DNA of 64,000 nucleotides from an uncultured Nitrososphaerota archaeon (GTDB taxonomy: Archaea; Thermoproteota; Nitrososphaeria; Nitrososphaerales; CADDZS01): the NCBI GenBank assembly GCA_963799845.1, contig CAWCYI010000004.1:1312001-1376000 (forward strand), written 5' to 3'. The notes under the pieces are model-generated. The model was not told the origin of the DNA. It ran no database searches and saw only the letters and a list, made by a program, of their open reading frames with translations. A program made the position numbers and the translations under genes. Positions 1 to 10,799 of the stretch are shown here, one piece after another. Numbering within the stretch: the stretch's first letter is position 1; every line of letters begins with the position of its first letter.

Positions 1-15
1 AATGATGTCGAGTAG

Positions 16-618
16 ATGTCCGCAAAACAAGTGACCAAGAGCAAGATCAGGTTTGCCAGATACGGACCTTCGGATCATTACGAGGAGGCTCCGGCGGCGG
101 GCATGTGCATTAGTGTGTTTGCACTGGTTAGGAGAGCTGGCAAAAAGGGAGTCCTGCTGGGACAGCCAAAGCAGGACAGTAGATGGGCTTCTGAGTGGCT
201 AGGTGCTTGGAAGGCGTACTCCGAAAAGGAACTTGCCGAAGCCTACCATCAGTGGAGGCTGCCGTCAAGTTATCTCATAGAAGGGGAACATCCTGAAGAT
301 GCGATCAAGCGGATAATGGTGGATCAGGTTGGGATGAGTGATTATATTATTTCGAAGAAAGGACCACGTGTGTTTTCGTACAGCACGCCTTCGGACTGGT
401 ACCCGGGAAATAATCACTGGGATCTTGTCTTCGTTTACGATCTTAAAGTCAAAACCAAAGGCAAGGACAAAGAAATCCCGAAATGGTGGCAGGAGCTTCT
501 ATTTGTAAAGAAAAAGAAAGATTTTCGCGACAAAGACTATGGCTGGAATGAAGACTTCATGCGCGACCTCGGCCTGATCGAACACGAGAGAACCTCGAAG
601 AAGAAAGAGGATCTTTGA
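16..618 (+). CDS. NUDIX-fold hydrolase-like protein
   Basis: Degenerate Nudix box WRLPSSYLIEGEHPEDAIKRIMVDQVG; 200 aa ORF. Confidence 0.55.
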   Translation: MSAKQVTKSKIRFARYGPSDHYEEAPAAGMCISVFALVRRAGKKGVLLGQPKQDSRWASEWLGAWKAYSEKELAEAYHQWRLPSSYLIEGEHPEDAIKRIMVDQVGMSDYIISKKGPRVFSYSTPSDWYPGNNHWDLVFVYDLKVKTKGKDKEIPKWWQELLFVKKKKDFRDKDYGWNEDFMRDLGLIEHERTSKKKEDL

Positions 619-655
619 TCCTCTTGAACTAGATCATGGTTGATGGTGCTCATTC

Positions 656-2182
656 TTGAACTCGGGCCTGAAGATCATGGTTCTCGCAACCTTGTTCTTG
701 CTCGTCGCTTCAAGTTTGCTGGCTTCAGCGATCCGCAAGGACGCTTTTTCGAAACAAACTCTACTTCCCGCTGCTCAATCGATAACAGTCCCTTCGCAGT
801 ACTTTATTCCGCTAGGAATCGATACTTTTTCAAACTCTAGCTTGATTGACTACTACGTTAATAGCAACGTTTCGATTTCGACGGCACTCATGAATTCTGA
901 GCAATTCAATTTGTTCAACAGCAGCAGTCCTGACAATACTGATGATATTTCAAATGCGCTATCGGATCGGAATGGAACGATTGATAATGAGCAGGTCAGC
1001 GTCTCCTCTGGTGCTTACTATCTAGTGTTCTTCGATTATTCGCAGTCGGACGCCAATGTGACATTCTCTTATCAAGCGTACCCCGTCACCCCATTTGTTG
1101 CCGGTCCCCTCTTCCCACCAGAACCGACAGGCCTTGCATCGTTCGGCATAAACAACGATTCGGGTAACGCGATACCTTACGAAATCAAGACAAGCAGCGT
1201 CGTTGGAGTTGCGAATATCTCCTCTATTCAGGCATACAACTCCTCGGCTCCCAGCCTCAATGACACGGTCTCGGGAGCAACTTTGCAGCTCAATGCCGTG
1301 TTGGTCGTCGACAAAAATGGAACGCAGTATGTATACTGGTGCCAGGACACCCCGGATTTTGTGACGAATGTCTCTCAGGTCTCGTTCGGCGATAACCTGT
1401 GGAACAATACGGACGTGACCGGATTTTTGTCAAACCAGTCGGTTACTTCTCCAAATGGAAACTCCGTCTATGCTACGGATGACAATGGAACTTCGCAGGA
1501 CTACTATGGATTTGGCACGAACAACTACACCTACGTCGAACCTTTCGACATCAGACTTCTGATGAACGAAAGCATTCTCTCGGGGGGCGTCCTTTTGCAA
1601 ATGGGGACCCAAGTGCTTCGCAATGGTTCCCAGACGTTTGCCCAACCGATTTTCTGGTTTGATAACATTACGATAAACGATCCCGGGGTTCAGAGCGCTT
1701 ACTTTTACGTTTCTGGGAATGATTCGACTCCGATCGGCAGCTTTTACGATGCCGAGCTGGTGTTTGCCGGTGAGGGAAATTTGGAGGCTACTAACTTTAC
1801 CCAGATGGATTCGACGCTGGGACTGTTTTACGTGAATTCTTCCAACGAATTGTCCCCCTTCCCCACCTACTACAGTTTCGGAGGAGACACTGGCGAAGCG
1901 ACATACAACCTGCACGTACAGTACTCTGGAAATGGCGTAGCCCAAGTGACGATTGGTTCGCCCAACTACATCTACCTGAACGCCGTTTCCAATTCTACCA
2001 CATCTTCATCAACTTCCGTGAATACTTCGACTGGGATAGGTACGGTGCTTTCATCAGCCACAACCGTGACTTCGCCGGGCGCTAGTAGTATTTCGAGCAG
2101 TTATCTTCTGGTCGTAATTCCAGTCGTTACGATCATGATCATTTTAGGGACTATCGCCTCTAGACGGAGGAGGATAGTCTAG
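656..2182 (+). CDS. Thermopsin-family (peptidase A5) secreted acid protease with Ser/Thr linker and C-terminal membrane anchor
   Basis: Signal peptide; motifs PTGLASFG, TLQLNAVL, YWCQD, DNLWN, YDAELVFAGEGN, YSFGGDTGE; C-terminal TM followed by RRRR. Confidence 0.85.
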   Translation: MNSGLKIMVLATLFLLVASSLLASAIRKDAFSKQTLLPAAQSITVPSQYFIPLGIDTFSNSSLIDYYVNSNVSISTALMNSEQFNLFNSSSPDNTDDISNALSDRNGTIDNEQVSVSSGAYYLVFFDYSQSDANVTFSYQAYPVTPFVAGPLFPPEPTGLASFGINNDSGNAIPYEIKTSSVVGVANISSIQAYNSSAPSLNDTVSGATLQLNAVLVVDKNGTQYVYWCQDTPDFVTNVSQVSFGDNLWNNTDVTGFLSNQSVTSPNGNSVYATDDNGTSQDYYGFGTNNYTYVEPFDIRLLMNESILSGGVLLQMGTQVLRNGSQTFAQPIFWFDNITINDPGVQSAYFYVSGNDSTPIGSFYDAELVFAGEGNLEATNFTQMDSTLGLFYVNSSNELSPFPTYYSFGGDTGEATYNLHVQYSGNGVAQVTIGSPNYIYLNAVSNSTTSSSTSVNTSTGIGTVLSSATTVTSPGASSISSSYLLVVIPVVTIMIILGTIASRRRRIV

Positions 2183-3026
2183 TCAGGTCATTTGCGCAGG
2201 GAAGATTCTGTTTTTTACGTTATGAGCTCCCACCAGCAGCAAGATTGGCGAGACAAAATCGAGCAATGGAATTATGAGAAGTATTGCTGCCACCTTGATC
2301 AATGTATCGTCGTACCTGGAGCCCATTCGCCACAACCCAAGGATTGGTCCCCCAATTATTCCCACAAATGCAATGATGCCACCGATGGAGGTAATCACTA
2401 GACCGCCTAAAAATACGCCGAGGCTTCCGGCCGGAAAAGAATTGATTGGCTGTCCTAGATGTTGACCGATTTCGTTGAGTATAGGTTGCATTCCCGAGAG
2501 GACGACGAGATACCCGAGGAACACTATTCTAACTCTCCTCTTGATGATAATCTTGCCAATAGATGGTATTCTGAAATGTGGTCTGTCGACCGTAGCAAGA
2601 CTCTTGAAAGCGGAACGTCAGCTGCTGATAAGTTATGGTCTCAACCACTATCCCGACTAGAATAATTATTGCAAATATCGTCAAGTAATTGGGAGCAAAG
2701 CTAAAACTTGTCGGAGTGGCGCTCGTAGAATTTCGGTTTACGATTACCAAGTCCCTAAACGGATTCAGAAGGAAGGTGGATACAAAACCAATTACAATTG
2801 ATGCAAGAATTATCGCCGAGAATATTGTGAGCTTTCTCAGCGCCTTCCTGTCTGCATCGCCAAATACTGAAGGGATGATTGTTGGTTGATAGTGGGAACT
2901 AGGTGGGGGCGGCGGTGCGACTGTCCCGGGAACAGTGCTTGTAGTCGAAAGCCGCTTGCCGCAGGCCGGGCAGTAGAGTGCGTTGTCTTCCAGACTGTGA
3001 CCGCACGCTGGGCAGAATGGCATCAT
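2183..3026 (-). CDS. Zinc-ribbon plus multi-TM membrane protein (DUF973-like), split by frameshift(s) around 2520-2620
   Basis: N-terminal CPACG..CPACG ribbon, Pro-rich linker, TM helices in ORFs 2529-3026 and 2183-2524. Confidence 0.6.
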
Positions 3027-3243
3027 CAGATGATTTTTGTATGCGACTAATCAATATTCTCAGAGTTTTCAAAGATCGTAACTAATTTTGCCTCATGTTT
3101 CGAATGGAGGAATTATGGATTTCAGATACCGATCGCAGATTCCATATCGAAATCTATTCCCAAGATCTGTTTAGCCCTAATTTTTGTTTCTGGCAAGTTT
3201 TGCTTTATCCCGCTTTTCGCGTTTGGTCTCGCTTGTGCTTTAA

Positions 3244-5439
3244 TTGCCAGAGGCATCTCACTCCAAGCGTCGTTTATTTGTTGTAGGTATCGTTGGATCA
3301 ATTATCGTCGTTGCTTTGATGGTCGGAGTTATTCTCGTTCAAACCGGATCAAACGTCAATGAAGTTTCAATCTCATCCTCATCTGCATCTCTCGGATCAG
3401 AAACGAGTTCTCAAATTGTTTCTACAACTAGTTCAGGAACCACGAGCGAATCCTCTTCGACCAGTTCCACATCGACCTATACCGGTCCGACCGGCATATT
3501 GGGGGTCTCTCTGACAGATCCTCCAATTGTTCCGCCCGGAGTGACTAATATTTACATTTCTTATTCCAGCGTCCAAGTCCATGTAGCCGAAGCTGGTAAC
3601 CAAGATGGTTGGTACCTGGTCGCCGAATCTGGCAGTGTCGATCTTATGAGTTTAGTGAATGTTAGTTTGACGCTCGGCAGCGCTGCAGTCCAGACTGGTG
3701 TATTCAATCTAATTTCTTTCAATATTACTTCGGCCTCAGTGACGATAAATGGACAGAATGAAACTGCCTACGTTCCGGCAAACAGGATCAATGTCCCAAT
3801 CGTTGGCGGAATATCTGTAACTTCCGACAACTCCTCAGGGGTGCTCGTAGATCTCAGCCCGGAGGTCGTCCCGTACCAGAATGGAACCTCGGTGTCCTAC
3901 GTTCTTGTGCCGGAAGCAAGAAGCCTTCCAATACCTAGTGATGTGTGGAACTACAGGCTTGAAGTGAAAGGAGCAAAGATAGATGAAATTCAGAACCAGA
4001 CGTGGGTCTCGCAGGCCGCAGGACAGGTTGTGGTCACTGGAGTCCACCTGACTCCCAACTCTTTCTCGCTCACTCTTCAAAATCAGGGAACGACAAACGC
4101 GAGCTTCTCCTCCATAGTCCTTGGACAGGTTTTGCAACTGCCACAGTGTCTGGCTGCTTCTGCGCCTGATTCACCCAGGCCGACTGATGAAAATGGGAGC
4201 TATGTTTCAGTGTCAGTAGAAGGAGGATCATTTGTCGGTGCGCAATCAGTATTCGTCGGCGGCAGGGTCTATCCCCCTCCAAGTGTTCCCAATACTACGG
4301 CGGCTGTACTTGTGACCGATCCGAATGGCGTCGTCGTAGAGTCGCTAAATTCTTCTGTTGAAGTTTCAGGAGCATTCCATGCAACTTTTATTTCTGGAGG
4401 TTCCAGATTGCCTTGGATTGGCGGCCTGTATACGGTGTCCGCGACCTATAATGGTACGACAGCCAGAGCGACATTCAGCTGGACACCTGCGGTTGAAATT
4501 ACAACTAGCACGTCATATCAGTACACGAATGCAACTTCTTTCGCTACATCATATGATTCCAATACAACAACGCAAACTGAGCATTCTTACAATGCAACCA
4601 CGACGATTGAGTATCCAAATTCCACCTATGCTCGTCCCAACAATCTGACAGTTCTCACTAATGGCACTTCATATTACGGCCAGGCCAGAGTCTTTGTATA
4701 CGGTGGGGTCAGCCCTGTACCGACCAGCTCAGATTACTGGGTTTCCGTCCGTGTTTTGAACCCGAACAAAGTTGTCGTGTTCTCTACCGAAGTTCAAGTA
4801 TCATCGAATGGTCAGTTCAACGCCTCGTTCGTTGTAGGAACACCATCGGGCGATAGCGCTGGGAATTATCTTTGGACTAACGGCACTTACCTCGTCTATG
4901 CATATCACGGAAGTGTTGTTTCAGCTACGAAGTTTCAATGGAGCGGGCCCAGTCCGGTAGTTACCTCTTACACTGAGACGTCAACCTATGTGACGAATAC
5001 GACTCTGAACAGTGGAGGATTCCAGAAATATTTCTGCGGCCTGTACTCAAGTCAGGATCGTGGTCACCTTCCACCGAGCTTCCCGGTCGCCTACTATGCC
5101 ATCCTCGCCAATGGTACTCTGTATCCGGTAAATTACACGTCGTTGATCCTCAATGGAATCTCTCACTACTCAACCGTCCACCCGGATGAAAACAGTTCCA
5201 CGTCAAACCGCGTCTCCGGAAACATGTTGGTCTACACACTGGCACCTGGTCAGTCTGTTACATTCACATACAATGGCACGATCGACAGTCTGACAGGTGC
5301 TCTCATTTCCTACTTACCAGCCAACTTTGCTGTCCCGAGTTCACTCTTCCATATCAACCTCGGCCTAGAGTACACCGTGAGCGCATCCGGACCGTTTGAG
5401 ACAAGAATCGCGACCATCGTGAACGCAAGTACAAGTTAG
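3244..5439 (+). CDS. Membrane-anchored surface protein: DUF4382-like domain plus two internal Ig-like repeats
   Basis: N-terminal TM, Ser/Thr linker, LTDPP motif, many N-x-S/T sequons, duplicated V..DPNG..V...G.F.A.F...W..G.Y.V.A module. Confidence 0.65.
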   Translation: MPEASHSKRRLFVVGIVGSIIVVALMVGVILVQTGSNVNEVSISSSSASLGSETSSQIVSTTSSGTTSESSSTSSTSTYTGPTGILGVSLTDPPIVPPGVTNIYISYSSVQVHVAEAGNQDGWYLVAESGSVDLMSLVNVSLTLGSAAVQTGVFNLISFNITSASVTINGQNETAYVPANRINVPIVGGISVTSDNSSGVLVDLSPEVVPYQNGTSVSYVLVPEARSLPIPSDVWNYRLEVKGAKIDEIQNQTWVSQAAGQVVVTGVHLTPNSFSLTLQNQGTTNASFSSIVLGQVLQLPQCLAASAPDSPRPTDENGSYVSVSVEGGSFVGAQSVFVGGRVYPPPSVPNTTAAVLVTDPNGVVVESLNSSVEVSGAFHATFISGGSRLPWIGGLYTVSATYNGTTARATFSWTPAVEITTSTSYQYTNATSFATSYDSNTTTQTEHSYNATTTIEYPNSTYARPNNLTVLTNGTSYYGQARVFVYGGVSPVPTSSDYWVSVRVLNPNKVVVFSTEVQVSSNGQFNASFVVGTPSGDSAGNYLWTNGTYLVYAYHGSVVSATKFQWSGPSPVVTSYTETSTYVTNTTLNSGGFQKYFCGLYSSQDRGHLPPSFPVAYYAILANGTLYPVNYTSLILNGISHYSTVHPDENSSTSNRVSGNMLVYTLAPGQSVTFTYNGTIDSLTGALISYLPANFAVPSSLFHINLGLEYTVSASGPFETRIATIVNASTS

Positions 5440-5456
5440 ATCAAAAAATCTAACCT

Positions 5457-5924
5457 TCAGGGCGAGATCTCGTTTGGTACAACCTGCTGGATCGGTTGCT
5501 GAATTTTGGGTAACTTGTAGATCCATCCCGAGCCGTGCCGCGATCTCGTGAGCAGCCCTCTGCTTGCGAGACGTGAAAGGTAGGTAGAAACCACGCTCAG
5601 ACTGGTTGGGGTATGGAACTCTTCCAGATAGGCCTCAAGTGTATCGCTTGAAGTGAAAGATCCAAGGCGGAACCTGTCCTGAATCAAGGTGTATACTCTC
5701 GCGAAGTTTGTGTCCATCGGCTCCTGTTGTCCTGCATTCTGGGGTTCCTTTGTAGAGACAGCCTGCGCGAAATCTATCAGTTTGCTAATATTCTCCTTTG
5801 AGGTCCCCTCAATGTTGAATGAGTACTTCGTCCCAGAGTCGTCGGCAAACTCGATTTTTATCTTCACAGGCCTTTGAGGCGGCTTGAATGTGGCTGAAAG
5901 CGGAATTTCCTCTGGTGGTATCAT
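5457..5924 (-). CDS. Origin-adjacent winged-helix protein, divergent from cdc6
   Basis: C-terminal wHTH pattern FTSSD...SLSVVSTYLSRLASRGLLTRSRHGSGWIYK. Confidence 0.65.
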   Translation of the reverse strand: MIPPEEIPLSATFKPPQRPVKIKIEFADDSGTKYSFNIEGTSKENISKLIDFAQAVSTKEPQNAGQQEPMDTNFARVYTLIQDRFRLGSFTSSDTLEAYLEEFHTPTSLSVVSTYLSRLASRGLLTRSRHGSGWIYKLPKIQQPIQQVVPNEISP

Positions 5925-6127
5925 TCGAATTCACAGGTAGACAATTAACGGCTTCACACGGCCTGAAAGAGGAGTAGATAACATGTGAAGGTGTTAATCT
6001 GCTCAAGTGTTTGTCAAATTGATCGAAGCACCATGGGGTGATCAGAAATTGAATAGAAAGCTATTGGAACGTATATTCTGGATAGATTTTTTGTGAATTG
6101 ATTGAAACTCATAATTGGCGAATGCTT

Positions 6128-6148
6128 CTGCAGTGGAAATGAAGGGGT
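6128..6148 (+). promoter_or_regulatory. ORB element 1
   Basis: CTGCAGTGGAAATGAAGGGGT matches the archaeal ORB pattern TCCAGTGGAAA..AAGGGG. Confidence 0.8.
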
Positions 6149-6190
6149 GTGTAATAGAGCCCGTATACATGTTTAGAAGACCGATCCTAG

Positions 6191-6211
6191 CTCCAGTGGA
6201 AGAGAAGGGGT
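6191..6211 (+). promoter_or_regulatory. ORB element 2
   Basis: CTCCAGTGGAAGAGAAGGGGT. Confidence 0.85.
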
Positions 6212-6259
6212 CGCATTCAAGGACTTCATCGAATGCCTGAAGGATGCTGGTTCACAGGC

Positions 6260-6282
6260 ACCCTAGCAGTTCCAGTGGAAAT
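6260..6282 (-). promoter_or_regulatory. ORB element 3 (probably inverted)
   Basis: Core GTTCCAGTGGAAAT; minus strand reads TCCACTGGAACTGCTAGGGT with a G-string. Confidence 0.7.
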
Positions 6283-6437
6283 ATCCCGAAAGATAGGTCT
6301 TGTATATACGTGCTGATGTATGCTTGGAACAGACGGTGTTGATCATTATTGACTTTACTGTTTTTCATTACTATAGCATGATCGCTTCAATCATTATTTT
6401 TTAGATTGATTATGTAATGAAGACTCTAAAAGCACAC

Positions 6438-6455
6438 TTCCAATAGAAATCAAGG
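6438..6455 (+). promoter_or_regulatory. Degenerate ORB/mini-ORB abutting the cdc6 start
   Basis: TTCCAATAGAAATCAAGG immediately before GTG 6459. Confidence 0.5.
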
Positions 6456-6458
6456 TAG

Positions 6459-7676
6459 GTGGGTAGTTACTTGGATCAAAATTCAGAATCATTGGAAACT
6501 ATTTTCCAGAAGGCCCTTTCTGCTCCAACGCTTTTCAATAACCATGAAGCCCTGCGATCCGATTACGTCCCCGACCACCTACCGTTCCGGAGTGATCAGA
6601 TAACCTCCGTCGCCCAAGTGCTTTCACCTCTTTTACATTCATCCAAACCATCCAATCTTCTAATCTATGGAAAAACGGGAACCGGGAAGACTGCCGCTAC
6701 AAAACATGTAATTTCAAAACTTGCCCTAACATCGAAGACCAACAGAGTTAAAGCAAGCTTCGTTTACTCCAATGTCAGGATGGCCGGAACCGAGTACAGG
6801 GTCCTGGCGGACCTTGCAAATAATACCGGATTATCGATTCCTTTTACAGGCCTTGCTGTAAGCGAGGTCCTTTCCAGAGTACAAACCCAAATAAAAACAA
6901 AGAATCTTCACGTAGTATTTGTACTCGACGAGATAGACTTTCTCGTAAAATCGTTCGGAGACGGGTTGCTGTACGACCTAACTACTTCTTCTGATGCAAT
7001 CACTCCGGGGTTTCTCTCCCTGGTCGGCATTTCAAACGATTTACAGTTCAAAGAAGAATTAGGCGCAAGAGTCCTCAGCCGCCTGTCCGAAGAGGAAATT
7101 GTATTCCCACCGTACTCTGCGCAAGAACTCACGACGATCCTTCAAGAGAGGGCCAAATTCGCCTTTAATGCTGGCGCCTATACGGAGGCTGCGGTAAATC
7201 TCTGCGCCGCGTGTTCAGGGTTGGAACACGGAGACGCAAGACGCGCCGTAGATCTGCTAAGGATTGCCGGAGAAGTTGCGGAGAGAGAAGGATCAAGCCA
7301 GCTCGATGAGAAGCACGTGCGCATCGCGCTCCAAAAAATTGATCAGGACAGGATTAGTGACGCACTCAAGAGTCTCCCACTTCACGCTAAGCTCGTGCTA
7401 ATAGCCGTAGTGAGAAACAACCCGGAGAACAAGTCAAGCGGCTCAATTTACGAGAATTACTCTAGCCTCTGCAAGCGTTCAGGTATCGAGTCTCTTACAA
7501 CAAGGCGCGTATCCGGGCTTGTAACGGAGCTAGACACGCTTGGACTCGTCAGCGCGACTCTTGTGAACTATGGCAGGTACGGCAGGACGAAGAAGGTTAC
7601 TCCCCAGATATCTCAAGATGTGTTGAAACAGGCTTTCCAAGAAGATGGAAGTGTTAACCAGCTTCTGCAAGATTAG
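6459..7676 (+). CDS. cdc6: Orc1/Cdc6 replication initiator
   Basis: DYVPDHLPFR, Walker A GKTGTGKT, Walker B VLDEID, GDARRAVDLL, C-terminal winged helix with GRYGRTK. Confidence 0.95.
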   Translation: MGSYLDQNSESLETIFQKALSAPTLFNNHEALRSDYVPDHLPFRSDQITSVAQVLSPLLHSSKPSNLLIYGKTGTGKTAATKHVISKLALTSKTNRVKASFVYSNVRMAGTEYRVLADLANNTGLSIPFTGLAVSEVLSRVQTQIKTKNLHVVFVLDEIDFLVKSFGDGLLYDLTTSSDAITPGFLSLVGISNDLQFKEELGARVLSRLSEEEIVFPPYSAQELTTILQERAKFAFNAGAYTEAAVNLCAACSGLEHGDARRAVDLLRIAGEVAEREGSSQLDEKHVRIALQKIDQDRISDALKSLPLHAKLVLIAVVRNNPENKSSGSIYENYSSLCKRSGIESLTTRRVSGLVTELDTLGLVSATLVNYGRYGRTKKVTPQISQDVLKQAFQEDGSVNQLLQD

Positions 7677-9257
7677 CCTTGGATGTCGAGACTGCTTTCC
7701 CTTTGGCCGCAGGGATAGAACTAACTAGGAATTCGCGCAATCTTACTTCGAGAGTCGCAAGGTTGACTATCGGAACGAGACCAGGCCGGGGACTGATCCC
7801 CAGATTTGCCTGATATCCAGTCTGAGCCTGCCACGTCCCGGAGTTTATTATCAGGGTCGATTTGTATCGGTCAACTCCAACAGTGTGAACGTGACCGGCG
7901 TGGAAGATATCAGGGACCTGTTCGATTACCAGATGATCTTCAAGTTCCGGCGCAATAGGAGTTCTCAGGCCGAATATCGGCGCCAAGTGTCTTGCCCTGA
8001 GCAACACCTTCATCGCCTCTTCCGGTTTTTCGTAAGAAAGTCCGGGAGTGGTTGCAAGCACGTCGTCAAGGCTTCTGCCGTGATAGGCGAGTATGGAAAC
8101 TCCGTTTAGCTTGAACAGGCAGGGATCGCCCAGCATTGTGAGGTTTTTCAATTCATGAAGTGACGGAGCATATTTTTTTGGTATCATCGGCTGGGGGAGT
8201 GCTTGCCTTGTGGCATCATGGTTTCCCGGGATCATGAACATCTGCAGGTGCTGCGGTACGAGCTTCAACTTCTCGTAGACCATCTCATATTGCTTGAAAA
8301 TGTCCAGCTCGCTCAATTCATATTCTTGGTTCGGGAATACACCAACTCCGTCGACGACATCGCCTCCAATTACCACGTATTTCAGTCGACGCACAATCTC
8401 TTCGTCATCTTCTGAAATCACGCCCCGGCCTGCAATCCACTCAAGGAAGCGATCGAACGCTCCCTCAAGGAATTTGTTGCTACCAATGTGAAGGTCAGAA
8501 AGGAAAACGGCATAGACGGTCTTCTTTGAAGTAGACGGAACCCTGCTCGGAATGTCCGGCTGGATGACATTCTTCAGAATCAGTCTGCCCTGAACCGCTT
8601 CTACATCAGCGATCACGCACTGGTCCAGAGCTATCTCGCTTGCAGCTTCTTCGCCTCCGGACTGAGCGCAAGGATAGACGTACTTCCAGTGTCGTCGTCG
8701 ATCGTAAACTCGATCCCGTTTTTCGTCGGCCTGCGGGAGAAAACGAGCCCGGCGATCTTGGAGTTGCCCTTCTCTTTGTTTATCTTTGATACCTTCGTGA
8801 GAGAACGTCCTTCCGGCCTCTCGGAAAGAATGCGGACAATCTTCTCGTAGCGGCTCTTGAAAAGCTGGGGGAAACCTTCGATGCCGGTCGGCTGTATGTG
8901 GGAAGAAGGATCTCTTACGATTTCGACGTCCTGTTCAATCGACTCAGATGTCACGGCGACGGATTGAGAAACAACGGAGGGAGTCTCGGAGACATCAAAA
9001 ATCTCCGGGAAGGCCTCAACAAGGTCAACACGCTCGATTTCCAGCGACTTGGACTTGGCCCTCGCTTTAATTTCAATCACTTCTCGAATGATTGTTTCGA
9101 ATGTAATTTCGTTCTCGACAGGCCTGGGAGATTTTCTTCGCTCGCCGACCTTTTGAAGAATCTTGACCGCATCGGGGCTAATCTGGTAGCCGTGGGAAAG
9201 GGCTTCCTCGACCGCCCGCGTAATCAACGACGAGAACGAAAGATTGCTCCTGCTCAT
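7654..9257 (-). CDS. polD1: DNA polymerase D small subunit DP1, split by a 1-nt deletion near 8643
   Basis: OB fold (KIAGLV..IDDDTG) then calcineurin-like motifs SDLHIGS, GDVVDG, PGNHD, YHGRSLDD, HAGHVH, NSGTWQ; alternative frame restores KK-x-ASEIALDQCVIADVE. Confidence 0.92.
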
Positions 9258-10669
9258 TTCGCGCAACCAATCGCAATACTAACGGCAGAATCTAGCAGGC
9301 TTCGAGCCTCATCTTCCTTCGGCGATTCAACATACACCCGCACTTTCTTCTCAGTCCCGGAGCTTCGAACCATGAGCCAACCCCCACCTTTAAGATAGAG
9401 CTTGACGCCGTCAAGCTCGTCGAACCTGTCGACCTGTCCCGAGAATTTCTCGTACATTACCGAGCGAACGCAGCCCTGGTCAAGAACTCCAGAGGGGAGG
9501 AGGTTCTTCTGGTAGTTGTAGTAAACTGGGATCCAATCGAGAGCCTTACTCAAAGAGAGGTTGTTATTAGAGAGATACTGGGTGATCAACACGCTTGCGT
9601 AAATCCCATCCTCCCAGTAACCCCACCTAGGATCGACGATCTTGCTCGGTTCCGATCCGTAAATGCCTCGCCGTTTGTACAACTCCTCGAAAGTTTTGCC
9701 GAGCCGCGATCTCGTCACCGTGCAACCGGCATCGCGAGCGGTCTTTTCAAGAGCGCTCGAAGAGTTCACCGAGATGATCACATTTCCTTTCTTTACCCGC
9801 TCAAGGACTATCTTCAAGACAAGGGCGGAAAGCTTGTAATCCGGGACTACCTGCCCCTGTTCGTCTATCATCACGAGCCGGTCAGCGTCGCCATCATGAG
9901 CAACTGTAAAATCCGCTCCAGCAGCCTTCGAGAACTCTGCCACCTCACTGAGAGTCTCCAGCATGGGCTCTGGAAGACGACCTGGAAATTTCTCGCTTGG
10001 ATGGGCATTTATCGTGATTACATGGTGACCGAGTTCGGCCAGAATCCCGGGAGTGACTCCGCCAGCGGCTCCGTTGGCGCAATCGACGAGTATCTTGAAG
10101 GACTTTTTTCCGGGGGCTGCTCGCTTCAACAGAGCTTCACGGTACGAGAAAATCGCTTCCTCATTCTCGAATGTCGTGCCGAAGTTTGTGAGATCCTCGT
10201 CCCTTTTTACAAGGCTCGTACTCCCCTGGAGCAGCTGCTCGACCTTGTGTTCGGCCTCAAGGGAGAACTCTATCCCATCAGTACCAAAGACCTTGACCCC
10301 CGCGTATTCCGGCGGGTTGTGAGAGGCAGTGATAGAAAACCCGGCGTGAAGTTTGTTAACTTTGATGTTGTATGCGAGAACCGGTGTGGGAATCAGACCA
10401 TAGTTTTCAACGTCACTCCCGTACCAGTTCATCGCGGCACAAGCGATCCTGGCAAGTATGGCAGAAGTCTTTCGACTGTCATACCCGAGACCAAACTTAC
10501 CCTCTCCGAGCAATTCGTTCACTGCGAAGCAGACTGAGATAGTCTCGCGTATGGAGACCTCCTGTCCGTAAATACCTCTAATCCCCGCGGTACCGAACTT
10601 TACACGAATTTTTGGCCGTACTAGACCAGTTTCCTGGTCGATATCCTGTTGCACGTTTCTTGCTTTCAC
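9254..10669 (-). CDS. Phosphohexomutase (PGM/PMM/GlmM family)
   Basis: KFGTAGIRG, TASHNPPEY phosphoserine loop, HDGDADR metal loop, VRSSGTE; stop overlaps DP1 start. Confidence 0.92.
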   Translation of the reverse strand: MKARNVQQDIDQETGLVRPKIRVKFGTAGIRGIYGQEVSIRETISVCFAVNELLGEGKFGLGYDSRKTSAILARIACAAMNWYGSDVENYGLIPTPVLAYNIKVNKLHAGFSITASHNPPEYAGVKVFGTDGIEFSLEAEHKVEQLLQGSTSLVKRDEDLTNFGTTFENEEAIFSYREALLKRAAPGKKSFKILVDCANGAAGGVTPGILAELGHHVITINAHPSEKFPGRLPEPMLETLSEVAEFSKAAGADFTVAHDGDADRLVMIDEQGQVVPDYKLSALVLKIVLERVKKGNVIISVNSSSALEKTARDAGCTVTRSRLGKTFEELYKRRGIYGSEPSKIVDPRWGYWEDGIYASVLITQYLSNNNLSLSKALDWIPVYYNYQKNLLPSGVLDQGCVRSVMYEKFSGQVDRFDELDGVKLYLKGGGWLMVRSSGTEKKVRVYVESPKEDEARSLLDSAVSIAIGCAK

Positions 10670-10799
10670 AAGGTAAGAATGAGAGTGTAATCAGGTTTCT
10701 GTTGAACAAGACGAGGACAACGGTATCGTCAGAAAAGGCTAGGAAAAACGACCTAGCCAACTTTTTCGTGAATTAATCAACACATTTTGGCATCGAATT

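Larger units (their letters stand above)
6128..6455. other. Chromosomal replication origin (oriC): ORB elements plus AT-rich unwinding segment (about 6344-6420)
   Basis: Four ORB-like boxes in the intergenic region directly upstream of cdc6. Confidence 0.85.

Noticed and set aside
8620-8660. Programmed frameshift in DP1
   Set aside because: No slippery sequence or stimulatory structure seen, and many similar indels in the window point to assembly error.
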